A stretch of DNA of 64,000 nucleotides from positions 42,649 through 106,648 of IMG/VR virus record IMGVR_UViG_3300017991_000007, one strand, 5' to 3'. The notes under the pieces were generated by a model that was given only the letters and a program-made list of their open reading frames with translations, was not told the origin of the DNA and ran no database searches. The position numbers and the translations under genes are program-made. Below are positions 17,604-27,721 of the stretch, one piece after another; position 1 is the stretch's first letter; each line of letters starts with the position of its first letter. This DNA is from a virus.

Positions 17604-17957
17604 ATGCCAGCTAATATTATGAAATTTACGCATTCCGTTCCCGCAGGGCAGCAACTTGATGGTACGCCGGGTAAGGGTGAATTCGTTGAATTGGACGCTC
17701 AAGAAACCGGTTGCATCGTTTCTCAGATTGCGGTTGCGGTAGGGACCGGAGCGGCTACAACCGTGAATATCTATCTCAGACAATACGGCGTAACGCCTGA
17801 TATTCCTATTGTAAAACAAGCTCTTTTATCCACTGAGGAAGCTTATTTCCTTTCGGATGTAAAACTTATGATAGGTCCAAAAGACCGAATCGTTATTGAA
17901 ACCACTGGCTGCATAAACCGAGTCTATGCGACGATTTATGTAAATTCCAAGGCATAA
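17604..17957 (+). CDS. Hypothetical virion protein
   Basis: RBS AAGGAG; beta-rich. Confidence 0.7.
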   Translation: MPANIMKFTHSVPAGQQLDGTPGKGEFVELDAQETGCIVSQIAVAVGTGAATTVNIYLRQYGVTPDIPIVKQALLSTEEAYFLSDVKLMIGPKDRIVIETTGCINRVYATIYVNSKA

Positions 17958-17970
17958 TAGGGGGAAAGCC

Positions 17971-20900
17971 ATGCAACAATCAGGTTCCGGGTTCATTCAG
18001 TATCCCCCTATTGAGGTTAATGCCGTTCAAATTCAAGGCATTCCCGTTGCTCCACCCCCGCCAACAGACGGTGATATCATGGTCTATGATGGTGGGACGG
18101 GCATATGGGATTATACTAACTATCAGTCCGGGTTGACCTATCGGGGCGGGTGGGATGCCAATACCAACACTCCAAACATTATCACCATTGGAAAAAGTGC
18201 GAATGACTATTGGATTGTTACCGTTGCAGGGTCCACTGATTTAGGCGGCGGGCCGGGTACGGATTCTTGGGCAATTGGTGATTGGGCAGTATGGAATGGT
18301 ACCCAATTCGATAAGGTGGATAACTCTGCAAATGTCACCTCAGTAAATACGCAAACCGGGGCAGTTGTACTTGATACGGATGATATCTCTGAGGGTGCTA
18401 CCAATAAGTATTACTCGGATGCTCTTGTAGCTCTTGCCCCTGCGGTAGTTGCGAATACGGCCAAAGTGTCTGCGGACGGCTCGGTAACTACTCATTCAGA
18501 CGTGACAAGTGCGGGGTCCGGCCAAATCATTACCACGGGTGAAAGAAACAAGCTGATAGGTATTGAGGCCGGGGCGCAAGTCAACACTGTAGATTCAGTC
18601 AACACGAAAACCGGGGCAGTTGTACTCAATGCTGCGGACGTGGGAGCGGATGCTGCGGGTACTGCGGCGGCTGCTATTTCGACACACGAAAGTACCTATG
18701 ACCATACCAAGATTGCTCATACAAACCGGGCGGTCTTGGACGGTATTTCCGGTGTAGGTAGTGGGTCTATTATCACCGTTGCTGAAAGATCAAAGCTTAC
18801 TAATATTGAGGCCGGGGCTGAGGTCAATAAGGCTTACCCGGTTATCAGCGTCAATACTACAACCCCGCCGGGTGGTACTCCGTCTGCGGGAAATCGTTAT
18901 ATTGTAGGTCCGGGTGCTACCGGCGCATGGTTAGGGCATGACAATGAGCTTGCCATTGCGGATGGTGCGGGTGGTTGGACTTTCAGGATAGAGCCAAATG
19001 GTGTGCGGGTTTATAGCACGTCACAAGCCCGTTTCTACTTTTATGATAATGTTACCGGTACTTGGATTTTAGAGGATTCTATAATCCAGCATAATAGTTT
19101 GAACACTTCTACTGGTATTCAGGGCGGCTCTGCTACTGAGAGGTATCACCTTGCCCTCACTGAATATACTACTTTGAGGGGTGGGAGTGCGGATGCCTCA
19201 AGTCTGCATAATCATGCCTCTCTTTATGCCCCAATTGGACACGTTGGAGCGGGCGGGGCCGCACACGCTCTTGTGACTATAACAGTTGCCGGTTTTATGA
19301 GTGCGGCTGATAAAGTCAAACTGAATGGGATCACTGCGGGGGCAGAACCTAATGCAGTTGATTCAGTTAATACTCAGACCGGGGCAGTCGTTTTAGATTA
19401 CACGGATGTTGGAGCGGACCCTGCGGGTGCGGGAGCGGCGGCTGTTGCAACCCATGAATCAACCTATGACCATACTTTACTCCATGATCCCGTCACTCTC
19501 GGAACTGCCAACGGTTTAGGTTTGAGTGGGGTTGGCGGTCAAGTGCTATCGCTTGCACTCGCAACGCCCTCTACTGCGGGGGCAATGAGCGCAACCGACA
19601 AAACGAACCTGAATACTTTGACCGGCGGCGGGGAAACTTCTCTGCATGAACACCCCACAAGTGCTATCAACATGCCGGTTATCGGTACGCCAACGTATGA
19701 CACGCTCAAAGACCTTATTGATACGCTGCAATCTGCGGCTGCAATCTCAGGTGGGGTCATTTCGGATGCCGGGTCCGGGCAGATCAATGTGACTGCGGGT
19801 ACCGGAGTTATCAAGACAACGGATTCAGACGTTGGAGAAAACCGATTCTTTGATTGGTCCGCTGCAACGGGTGTAGCTCTTACGGACAACTCAATAAATT
19901 GGGTGTACGTGGATTACAATGCGGGAAGCCCTCAAATAGCGGTGACTGCCTCATTTTCCGGGTTGAATCTACACACTCATGTAGTGCTTGGAAGGGTGTA
20001 CCGGGAAGGTACCGCCCTGCATTTTGTGAATGTGGGGATGTATTTTGCGGACTATATGCGTAAGGACTGCTTGAAATCCTTTGAGGTCAACGGCGTTCAA
20101 AGAGCGTCCGGTATTATTGTCTCAGAAACGGGTACCAGAAACATTGCGATTACGGCGGGTGTCCTTTGGTGCGGTCCTAATAGGCTGACTTTCCCCGCTT
20201 TTGATTCGTCCGGTGCGGATACTTTCGACTACTGGTACCGAAATTCACCGTCCGGGTGGCTCAAACAAACGGCTCAAAGTCAAATCAGTAACACACAGTA
20301 TGATGACGGGTCTGGTACGCTTCAAAACCTCACCGTCAATAGGTATGGTGTTGCGTGGGTTTATGCTGCTTTGGACGGGCATGTTGATGTGCTTTATGGG
20401 CAGGGAAACTATGCTACTCTTGCGGCGGCTGAAAACGCTACCCCTCCAAGCTCGGTACCGGGTATAGTTGAAAACTTTGGGATTCTTGCTGCTAAGATCA
20501 TTATTCAGCAAGGCGCAAGTGTATTTACCGTTTTGGAAAGTGCCTTTGACACTGAGTTTGGTGGTACGCAGATACCGGATCATAATCAATTGGGCGGCTT
20601 GCAGGGCGGGTCTGCCACTGAGAGATATCACCTTACCCTTGCACAATTAAATGGTCTGAGTGCGCTTGGCGATATTCATACTGCATCCGATGAAACTGAA
20701 AGTTCTACAACGGCAACAAGCGCACAAAACAAGCTCACCACACCTTTCACCCCGGCTTATACTGGCAATTATAAGGTGGAATGGTCGTTTGAGGTTGCTT
20801 GTAGCGATAAGGATAAGCCCACTGCCTCTACTGTTACCTTTAATGATGGTGGGGGTGGGGGTGATGTGGAAGTAGAAAAAGCCGTTTCAAACGTGTCGCA

Positions 20901-21063
20901 AGATAATCAAAAATATGTAAATGGGGGGTGGTTTCCGATTTCAGGCTTTAAGGTGGTTGCTCTAACCGCCTCACAAGCTACGTCCACTAAGGTAAATTGG
21001 TGGCAAACCAGTGATAAAACTTCCTATATTCGCCGTGTAAGGGTAGTAATTACAAAACTTTAA
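17971..21063 (+). CDS. Neck/collar fibre-like structural protein with internal repeats and a DUF2793-like module
   Basis: V.SVNT.TGAVVL x3, THESTYDHT x2, QGGSATERYHL x2; PSAGNRYIVGPGATGAWLGHDNELA module. Confidence 0.75.
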   Translation: MQQSGSGFIQYPPIEVNAVQIQGIPVAPPPPTDGDIMVYDGGTGIWDYTNYQSGLTYRGGWDANTNTPNIITIGKSANDYWIVTVAGSTDLGGGPGTDSWAIGDWAVWNGTQFDKVDNSANVTSVNTQTGAVVLDTDDISEGATNKYYSDALVALAPAVVANTAKVSADGSVTTHSDVTSAGSGQIITTGERNKLIGIEAGAQVNTVDSVNTKTGAVVLNAADVGADAAGTAAAAISTHESTYDHTKIAHTNRAVLDGISGVGSGSIITVAERSKLTNIEAGAEVNKAYPVISVNTTTPPGGTPSAGNRYIVGPGATGAWLGHDNELAIADGAGGWTFRIEPNGVRVYSTSQARFYFYDNVTGTWILEDSIIQHNSLNTSTGIQGGSATERYHLALTEYTTLRGGSADASSLHNHASLYAPIGHVGAGGAAHALVTITVAGFMSAADKVKLNGITAGAEPNAVDSVNTQTGAVVLDYTDVGADPAGAGAAAVATHESTYDHTLLHDPVTLGTANGLGLSGVGGQVLSLALATPSTAGAMSATDKTNLNTLTGGGETSLHEHPTSAINMPVIGTPTYDTLKDLIDTLQSAAAISGGVISDAGSGQINVTAGTGVIKTTDSDVGENRFFDWSAATGVALTDNSINWVYVDYNAGSPQIAVTASFSGLNLHTHVVLGRVYREGTALHFVNVGMYFADYMRKDCLKSFEVNGVQRASGIIVSETGTRNIAITAGVLWCGPNRLTFPAFDSSGADTFDYWYRNSPSGWLKQTAQSQISNTQYDDGSGTLQNLTVNRYGVAWVYAALDGHVDVLYGQGNYATLAAAENATPPSSVPGIVENFGILAAKIIIQQGASVFTVLESAFDTEFGGTQIPDHNQLGGLQGGSATERYHLTLAQLNGLSALGDIHTASDETESSTTATSAQNKLTTPFTPAYTGNYKVEWSFEVACSDKDKPTASTVTFNDGGGGGDVEVEKAVSNVSQDNQKYVNGGWFPISGFKVVALTASQATSTKVNWWQTSDKTSYIRRVRVVITKL

Positions 21064-21073
21064 GGGGTAGGGC

Positions 21074-21277
21074 ATGGAATACGATTATGAAAATATAACC
21101 GAATCCCCGGATTTGGATGCTATCACTTTGGCAATATCGGTTTCTGCCATGACGGACAAGAATTTGGATTATCTCAGGTGGGATGAGAGTATTGCCACTC
21201 TGCATGTAGCTTGGCAGGATGAGCTTTCAGCCGGGGATAAGGCAATCTTGGATCAAATTGTAGCGGACAACACATAA
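21074..21277 (+). CDS. Small acidic protein (possible fibre chaperone)
   Basis: RBS AAGGGGTAG; follows the fibre gene. Confidence 0.65.
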   Translation: MEYDYENITESPDLDAITLAISVSAMTDKNLDYLRWDESIATLHVAWQDELSAGDKAILDQIVADNT

Positions 21278-21286
21278 GGGGTTGAA

Positions 21287-21475
21287 ATGGCTGATAAATA
21301 CACGCTTGTAAAAACTTGTGATGGTGATCATGCAGACCATACCCCGCCGGGTGTGTGGGCAGTGAGTGAGCAAACCGTTGATTCTGAGGGTGAGCTTAAT
21401 ATGGACTATGCTTGTCCAGAACATCCCGGCTCTAATTTAGGGCTACCTATCATTGTTCAAAAGGAACCTGCGTAA
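21287..21475 (+). CDS. Small hypothetical protein
   Basis: RBS AAGGGGT; TAATG coupling downstream. Confidence 0.6.
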   Translation: MADKYTLVKTCDGDHADHTPPGVWAVSEQTVDSEGELNMDYACPEHPGSNLGLPIIVQKEPA

Positions 21476-22248
21476 TGGCAGCAATAAATGTGACCCTTAT
21501 AGCTGGAACAGGTATCCCACCTCTTGATTTTGTTGTGGGAGATACCGTTGGTCTTGGTTCCGTAAGTGCGGGAGATACCTATGCTTGGGAATTTCTGGAT
21601 AAGCCGGACGGTAGTGCGGCGGTGATCCTGAATGACGATCAACAAAATGCAACTTTCGTAGTCGATATTCCAGGTACTTATTACATTCAATTGGTTCGCA
21701 ATGCGAATGATGTAGGACGTGCGCTTGCTGCGGCTCCTTTTATTGTACCGGACCCAATAGGGACTCTCAGACCCCCCGCATCCGGGGAAATGTTTGAGGG
21801 TGATCTACTCAAGGGTTGGTCAAGGGAAGTTCAAAAACTTTTCACCCTGCAAGCCGGGGCGGTAGGCAGTCCGGCGTTGGTTGCCCGGAAAGAGGTGGAT
21901 TTAACTGTAGTTGGTCAAACTCCAATCTTTACGCTGCCCTCTGGAAAGATATTCGTAGCTTTCAAAGCCCTTTTGCTGGCAAAGCAGTCAGCCGGGGCTT
22001 TGGGTGGGGCAACCTTGAGTGTGGGGCAGTCACCCGGTTACATAGACCTTGTGCCAAGCACCGTCCTTACTGGTTTCGATATTGCCGGGGAAGTCTGGTA
22101 TTGGGATTTGAATCCGGCGGGCGGTCTTTTGGTTGCAAATACGAGCTATTGGGGAGCGAGTGCGGCTTTTGATTTGGACGTGACGGTAGCGGACCCCGGC
22201 GCAAGTACGTTGCTTTGTGATTTTCTACTTTATGGAGTGCTTTTGTAA
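21475..22248 (+). CDS. Virion protein with an N-terminal PKD/Ig-like domain
   Basis: YAWEFLDKPDGSAA...ATFVVDIPGTYYIQLV. Confidence 0.7.
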   Translation: MAAINVTLIAGTGIPPLDFVVGDTVGLGSVSAGDTYAWEFLDKPDGSAAVILNDDQQNATFVVDIPGTYYIQLVRNANDVGRALAAAPFIVPDPIGTLRPPASGEMFEGDLLKGWSREVQKLFTLQAGAVGSPALVARKEVDLTVVGQTPIFTLPSGKIFVAFKALLLAKQSAGALGGATLSVGQSPGYIDLVPSTVLTGFDIAGEVWYWDLNPAGGLLVANTSYWGASAAFDLDVTVADPGASTLLCDFLLYGVLL

Positions 22249-22728
22249 ATGCCCGCAATTGTTGCTAAACCTACTGATACCGGCCAATGGAAAAAGGCCG
22301 TCATGGTTACGAGTCCTAGATTTTGGGAACGTACCCTGAAACTCGTTTGGCCTAGAATGGCTAAGAGAATTGGGGAGCAATATATTGAGAACGTCAAGAA
22401 AGAGATTTTGCAGGGACAGGTTGGCGGGCCTCCATTGTCTGCGGCTTGGGTTGCTCAAAAAGGGAATGACATTCCTTGGCTTGATGAGGGTGACTTACTG
22501 AAATCTCTTGCGGTGTGGTATCAGGGAGCGGGTATTTGGGCTGCGGGTGTTACACCGGGGGCAACGAATAGGCGGGGCGTTTCGATTGAAATGATAGCAA
22601 CGTCTTTGGAGAATGGCACTATTTTCATTCCAGCACGTCCGGTATTTGCTCCGGTAGCTCAAAAAATGGCAAGTCAAGCCTCTATGGTTGGCAGATTGGC
22701 AAATAACTTTTTCAAACGGTATATTTAA
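22249..22728 (+). CDS. Neck/tail completion protein (virion morphogenesis family)
   Basis: PPLS..W...KG...P.LD.G.L..S and ENGT..IPARPVF motifs. Confidence 0.75.
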   Translation: MPAIVAKPTDTGQWKKAVMVTSPRFWERTLKLVWPRMAKRIGEQYIENVKKEILQGQVGGPPLSAAWVAQKGNDIPWLDEGDLLKSLAVWYQGAGIWAAGVTPGATNRRGVSIEMIATSLENGTIFIPARPVFAPVAQKMASQASMVGRLANNFFKRYI

Positions 22729-23981
22729 TGCCTTATTTTTTCATGCGTACCTCAGACCCGCTAACTCAGTGGGATGATCTTGAAGCTTGGAGGCTGCAAC
22801 CGGGCGGTATCGGTATGCGTGTGGATTATGGAGGCACCTCTGAGATTGCCGTAAACGAGACTGTAGTTACGATGCGGCCTTGGGCGGCTGAGGCTTTTAC
22901 TGAGTTTTGGGCAATCCAACCAATTGTTGCGAATCTACCTGATATTGAGGATTTGTATTCAGCGACTTTGCAGGAAAAGGGTGCAATTGATTGCACTATA
23001 TCCGTTGATGAGGGTACCACTTGGCTTTATTGGGATGGTGCGGCATGGTCCATTGCCGGGGCCGGGGATTGGACTTCATTTGATGATTTGAATTTGAATC
23101 TCGCTGCTATCCCATTTCAGGCTTATCGGTTGATGATGAGAGTGCGGCTCCAAAAAGGAACGCATGAAACTGAGGGGCCGGTACTTAAAGCTATCAGGCT
23201 TGGGTATGATCTTTTGCCGGATCACGCTCAAGAGGATTGTCACCGGACCATGAAACGCTTTTTCTCGGATAACCTCTCAGTCCGCTTTAGGGACTCGTTT
23301 GCGTCCGGGGGAACCGCTACCCTTGCCGTGGACAATTACTTAGATATCAAGGGTGTCTATGCGGCTTTTGACCTTACAAATGATCCTACCCGGCAAACCA
23401 ATATTTACGCAGGGAGCTTTACCGCTGATACCATTGACTTAACCGTTTCACCCGCAGCCGGGAACACTATTGAGGTGGAATGGGATGGTGCTGTAGATAC
23501 GATTCTCTTTAAGCGTGATCCTGATTTTTGGGATGAGTTAGACAAGCACGTTCCTTTATTAATAGTGCAAATTACAACCGCTACTGAGTCGGATGAGGCA
23601 AGTGTGAGTAGGGCAAAAGGCCCGATAGCTATTAATTTCCCTGAGAGAAAGTATTGGAGGGAAAGACCGCCTTATCCGGTTGACTATCGGCTTATGATGC
23701 GGGCTATTGCGGATTCTGAAAGTCTTGCAACCCGTATTTGCTCGGCGGCGTATGAGTTGTTAAGGAGAAAATCAGAGGATTCATTCTTGCCTCTGGCTTT
23801 ATCCGGCACTTTTTTGGAGATATTGAATTTTACGCCACCTTTTCAAGATTTGAGTGAGGTGAAAGAGGGCTTGTCAGTGAAATCCTTTTCCGCTATACTG
23901 TGCGTAAGAGAATGGTGCGCCGGAATAGAAACGGGTGTACTGGCAGAAGAATACACTATTCTTTATGAGGACATAGAATGA
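22728..23981 (+). CDS. Putative tail terminator with N-terminal extensions
   Basis: Position before the sheath gene; C-terminal PYPVDYR segment. Confidence 0.55.
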   Translation: MPYFFMRTSDPLTQWDDLEAWRLQPGGIGMRVDYGGTSEIAVNETVVTMRPWAAEAFTEFWAIQPIVANLPDIEDLYSATLQEKGAIDCTISVDEGTTWLYWDGAAWSIAGAGDWTSFDDLNLNLAAIPFQAYRLMMRVRLQKGTHETEGPVLKAIRLGYDLLPDHAQEDCHRTMKRFFSDNLSVRFRDSFASGGTATLAVDNYLDIKGVYAAFDLTNDPTRQTNIYAGSFTADTIDLTVSPAAGNTIEVEWDGAVDTILFKRDPDFWDELDKHVPLLIVQITTATESDEASVSRAKGPIAINFPERKYWRERPPYPVDYRLMMRAIADSESLATRICSAAYELLRRKSEDSFLPLALSGTFLEILNFTPPFQDLSEVKEGLSVKSFSAILCVREWCAGIETGVLAEEYTILYEDIE

Positions 23982-24358
23982 ATTACAAACTTAAAAACGG
24001 CGGTCTGTACGGTAAGCAAGAGATTTCCGTCAATGTTTTGGATGGCGGTTTGAAAGTAGTCCGTACCATCAATCTTGCTCCGTATGGTTCTGAGTTGATT
24101 TCTGAGTCTGAGGCAGAATCCCACGAAATTGCCAAGCTTGTTAGGGCAGGACGGCTGCAACTGAAAAAGGATGTACCCGTTAAAGGTCTTTCCGGCTCTA
24201 TCGGCAAGTTCAAAGCCTCTAAGAAAAAGGCGGCTCCGAAAGAATCGGCTGCGGTCAAGGCTCCGAAAAAGACGGTCACTAAGAAAATCGTGAAACCCGC
24301 AAAAGAGGCGAAACAAGGCGAAACCAAGCAGCCTGATTCCCCTAAAGATAAAGAGTAA
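23978..24358 (+). CDS. Small basic protein preceding the sheath gene
   Basis: ATGA overlap; Lys/Ala-rich tail. Confidence 0.7.
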   Translation: MNYKLKNGGLYGKQEISVNVLDGGLKVVRTINLAPYGSELISESEAESHEIAKLVRAGRLQLKKDVPVKGLSGSIGKFKASKKKAAPKESAAVKAPKKTVTKKIVKPAKEAKQGETKQPDSPKDKE

Positions 24359-24369
24359 GGAGATAAGGA

Positions 24370-27141
24370 ATGGAAGCATTTGCACCCGGCGTTGAAGTCC
24401 TCGAAAAAGAGGCGTTGGCTGTAATTGAGGCTGCGGGAACGTCTTTTTCTGGTATGGTTTGCCAAGCAGAGAGAGGCCCGGATAACGTAGTCACATTCTT
24501 GTCCAACTTTGATCAATACAAGCGGCGTTACGGCGGCTATGGAGGTTTTCTTGGCTACCCAATGGCTGAGGATTACTTTGACCAAGAGGGTGCCGGGTTG
24601 TATTTCATCCGTGCTGTTGGTGAGGGAGCCGCACAAGCCAATTTCAATTCCTTTATCTCTGCAAGGTCTTTGGAATATAGTGAATCAATTAGCGGTATGA
24701 CCCTTGTATCAGGGGAGCCGGTTGTGATCCAGTTTTCCAGTGACATTCCAGACGGTATTCTGAAAGACGGGGATCAAGTTTGGTTGCAGGATATTTCCGG
24801 CGGTGACTCTGAGGATTTGAATGACAACTATTGGACCGTTACCCGTGATCCTGACAATGACGATACCATTTCTTTGGATGGTACCGATAGTGACGATTAC
24901 ACCGGTTACACAAGCGGCGGTGACGGTTTCTTTGGCATTCCCGCTGGTAACTTCCTTGCCTCAAGTGTGGGGCAGTGGGGTAACAACACTCTCATTACTA
25001 CAAATAAATGGGTTGCGAATCCCGCTACCGGTTGGAAAAACATTGTACCTTTGGCAATCAAGGATATTGACATTTCCGGCGGGGCTGGAAATCCGGTTAT
25101 TCTGGAATTCAATGACGATCTTGAGATTCCTCAGTCCTTTGAGAAAGTCAATATGTGGTTGACGGGGCAGGGCGCATTGACAGGTACGCCGGACCTCAGA
25201 GGTAAGTGGGAAGCTAAGTTGATTCCGGGTGAGCCTACTAAGGTGGAATTGGACGGAACGGATGCCGGTAATTATGCGGGCGGTCCTTACGTTGCTGATA
25301 GCGAATCAGCTACCCACCCCACTAGCACACTTTCGTTTGATGGACTTCCCCCGCAGCTTGAGCTTGGGGATGGTTTCTATCTCTTTCAGAATGCTACCGC
25401 TACACGCACAGGCTTTGGTTTTATCCTTGATATCGACGTTGCCACTCAGAAAGCTACCATCTTTGGTGATTGGGAGTCTTGGGATGACGTTTCCGCTATT
25501 GATATCTCAGCCGGTGCGGGCAATGAGGTAGAGGTCACTTTTTCAGGGGATCACGACCTAAGAACGGGTGACTATATCTATCTCTCAGGCAGTGCGGGCA
25601 TTGTAGATTCGGGGCCGGGAACTACTGATTTGGCCGGTAAGTATCAGGTTGGACGTGTGAGTGACACCATTGTAGTGCTTGCTGATACGGATCAAGGCGA
25701 TTGGACCGGGGCTTATACCGGCGGTGACGTTGCGTTTAATCCTTACTTCGATGACACCTCTAGTATTTATTGCAATACCACTCACAAGTCCAAGACTGTA
25801 ACCACTGAATTCTACAATGGTGGGACTACTTTGAAAGTCGCTTCCAATGCCGGAATCAGTAAGGGTGCGCTTCTTTTCTTTTGGGATCAACTTACCGGTG
25901 CTATCGGTCAGGTAAAAGTCAACTCTATTAATGGGAGCATTCTGAATGTCACGTTGAATTTCTCTAACGACATTTTTGATGCGCTTGGAGTTCCGGCTGA
26001 CACCAATATTGTCTCCATGAATTTCAACGTCTTGCATAATGTTGACGGGGAAACGACAATCTTTGAGTTCTTGAATCTTGAATCTGATTGTCCGGCTGAT
26101 TATATCGTAGATAGGTTGGCTGAGAGTGAATTCCTGCGATTTGACCCGAATGATGCTTTCGCTATACCGCCGGGTATCCCCACAAGCTTATTCTTTCCGG
26201 GTGCCTACGATATCGAACAGAACATGATTCGTGGGTTGGACGGCTCGGCTGCAACGAATCAGGATTATTTGGGTACCAACACCTCGAAACTCTACACCCA
26301 CGGAATGCAGCTTTTTGATTCGGTTGGTGTGCTTCCCCAATTCGCTATTCCGGGGCAGGGTGTGACCGTTCAAAAGGGAGCGGATACTTATGCTAAGAGT
26401 AGAGAGGATACCGTGTTTATCGGTGACGTGCCTTTGGCTGAGGATACCCTTGAGGAAGTCCTGAATTATCGCAACGTGACGCTGAATATACAGTCCAGTT
26501 ATTCCACCTTGACTTTCCCTTGGTTGAAAAAGCAAGACCCGGATACCGCTGAGGCTGAGATTATCACTCCCCCGTCTGCAAAGGCTTTGGGCGTAATGTC
26601 CTACACCTCTCAGACACGGGGTACGCAGAAACCGCCCGCAAATGAGCAAATCAACAATATCATTGACGTGAATACCGTTGTTACCAAGCAGGAACACGGA
26701 TTTATGAATGCTGCGGGCATCAACGTCATTACCAATGAGCCGGGGCGTGGTATTCGTCTTATGGGAGCTAGGACGCTTTGGGGCGTTGCAGACCGTAAGC
26801 AGTACCTTAATGTGCGTCGGATTCTGAATGCGGTGAAAATCGGTCTGAAAGAGTTTGGGGAAACCATCGTCTTTGAGGCCAATGATGACTTGCTTTGGAA
26901 AGATATTCAGGCGCAAGGAACCAAGTACCTTGAGACTCTTTGGAAACTCGGTTGGTTCTATCCCCGCCTTGATCCGACCCAAGCATTTTTCTTTAGGTGC
27001 GATTCAACCACGAACAGAGAAGATTTGCGGTTAGCTGGAAAGGTCCGTTCCGTTGTCGGTATCAATCCGGTGCTACCCGGCGAACTTATCATTTTTGAGG
27101 TTACGCTTTGGGACGGCGGCGCAATCGTAACCGAAATATAA
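24370..27141 (+). CDS. Contractile tail sheath protein with large surface insertions
   Basis: APGVEVLE, G.AERGP, PPS, KPPANE, GINVI, GARTL, YLNVRR, FEAND, FFFRCD. Confidence 0.95.
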   Translation: MEAFAPGVEVLEKEALAVIEAAGTSFSGMVCQAERGPDNVVTFLSNFDQYKRRYGGYGGFLGYPMAEDYFDQEGAGLYFIRAVGEGAAQANFNSFISARSLEYSESISGMTLVSGEPVVIQFSSDIPDGILKDGDQVWLQDISGGDSEDLNDNYWTVTRDPDNDDTISLDGTDSDDYTGYTSGGDGFFGIPAGNFLASSVGQWGNNTLITTNKWVANPATGWKNIVPLAIKDIDISGGAGNPVILEFNDDLEIPQSFEKVNMWLTGQGALTGTPDLRGKWEAKLIPGEPTKVELDGTDAGNYAGGPYVADSESATHPTSTLSFDGLPPQLELGDGFYLFQNATATRTGFGFILDIDVATQKATIFGDWESWDDVSAIDISAGAGNEVEVTFSGDHDLRTGDYIYLSGSAGIVDSGPGTTDLAGKYQVGRVSDTIVVLADTDQGDWTGAYTGGDVAFNPYFDDTSSIYCNTTHKSKTVTTEFYNGGTTLKVASNAGISKGALLFFWDQLTGAIGQVKVNSINGSILNVTLNFSNDIFDALGVPADTNIVSMNFNVLHNVDGETTIFEFLNLESDCPADYIVDRLAESEFLRFDPNDAFAIPPGIPTSLFFPGAYDIEQNMIRGLDGSAATNQDYLGTNTSKLYTHGMQLFDSVGVLPQFAIPGQGVTVQKGADTYAKSREDTVFIGDVPLAEDTLEEVLNYRNVTLNIQSSYSTLTFPWLKKQDPDTAEAEIITPPSAKALGVMSYTSQTRGTQKPPANEQINNIIDVNTVVTKQEHGFMNAAGINVITNEPGRGIRLMGARTLWGVADRKQYLNVRRILNAVKIGLKEFGETIVFEANDDLLWKDIQAQGTKYLETLWKLGWFYPRLDPTQAFFFRCDSTTNREDLRLAGKVRSVVGINPVLPGELIIFEVTLWDGGAIVTEI

Positions 27142-27152
27142 GGAGTTAAGCA

Positions 27153-27629
27153 ATGGCAGACGGGCAAAGGCTTGATCCATACCGTGCTTACAATTTCCGG
27201 GTACTTGTTGGCTCCAAGGTGAGTGCGGAAATTGCTTTTTCCAAAGTTACGGGTCTTGAGGCTGAGGTTGACCAAACGGAATACCGAGAGGGAACCGACA
27301 CCGCAACTCTCCGTAAGCTCCCCGGACTCGTAAAGTACCCGAATATCGTACTTGAGCGTGGTATTACCGATTCCCCGGAATTGGTGCAATGGTTTCAGGA
27401 AATCGTCAAACTCACTGAGGAAGCTGCCCTACCAAGGGATGATGCTTTCAGGACTGATATGACAATCCAGTTGCTTAACCGCAACCTTGAGATTGTTCGT
27501 GAATGGGTTGCAACCGCCGCTTGGCCTTGCAAAATGTCCGTTGGTGACTTCGATGCTGGAAGCAGTGACGTTGTAATCGAACAGATGGAGATTTGCCACG
27601 AAGGGCTATCTCTTGTCAGTTTCGCATAA
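27153..27629 (+). CDS. Tail tube protein (T4 gp19 / Afp-like)
   Basis: DPYRAYNFRV, EYREG, KLPG..KY.NI.LERG, AWP.K, IE.MEI.HEG. Confidence 0.93.
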   Translation: MADGQRLDPYRAYNFRVLVGSKVSAEIAFSKVTGLEAEVDQTEYREGTDTATLRKLPGLVKYPNIVLERGITDSPELVQWFQEIVKLTEEAALPRDDAFRTDMTIQLLNRNLEIVREWVATAAWPCKMSVGDFDAGSSDVVIEQMEICHEGLSLVSFA

Positions 27630-27657
27630 CTGAATACGATTCTTTGGACTAACCATT

Positions 27658-27695
27658 CCCGCCTAGTGTGAGTGCAATTGCTTGCATTAGGCGGG
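27658..27695. promoter_or_regulatory. Long hairpin after the tube gene containing a TGCA-N6-TGCA box
   Basis: CCCGCCTAGTGTGAGT-gcaatt-GCTTGCATTAGGCGGG; 27671-27688 is identical to 1402-1419. Confidence 0.65.
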
Positions 27696-27721
27696 GAAAC
27701 AAAGTTTGAAAGGATAGCAAA

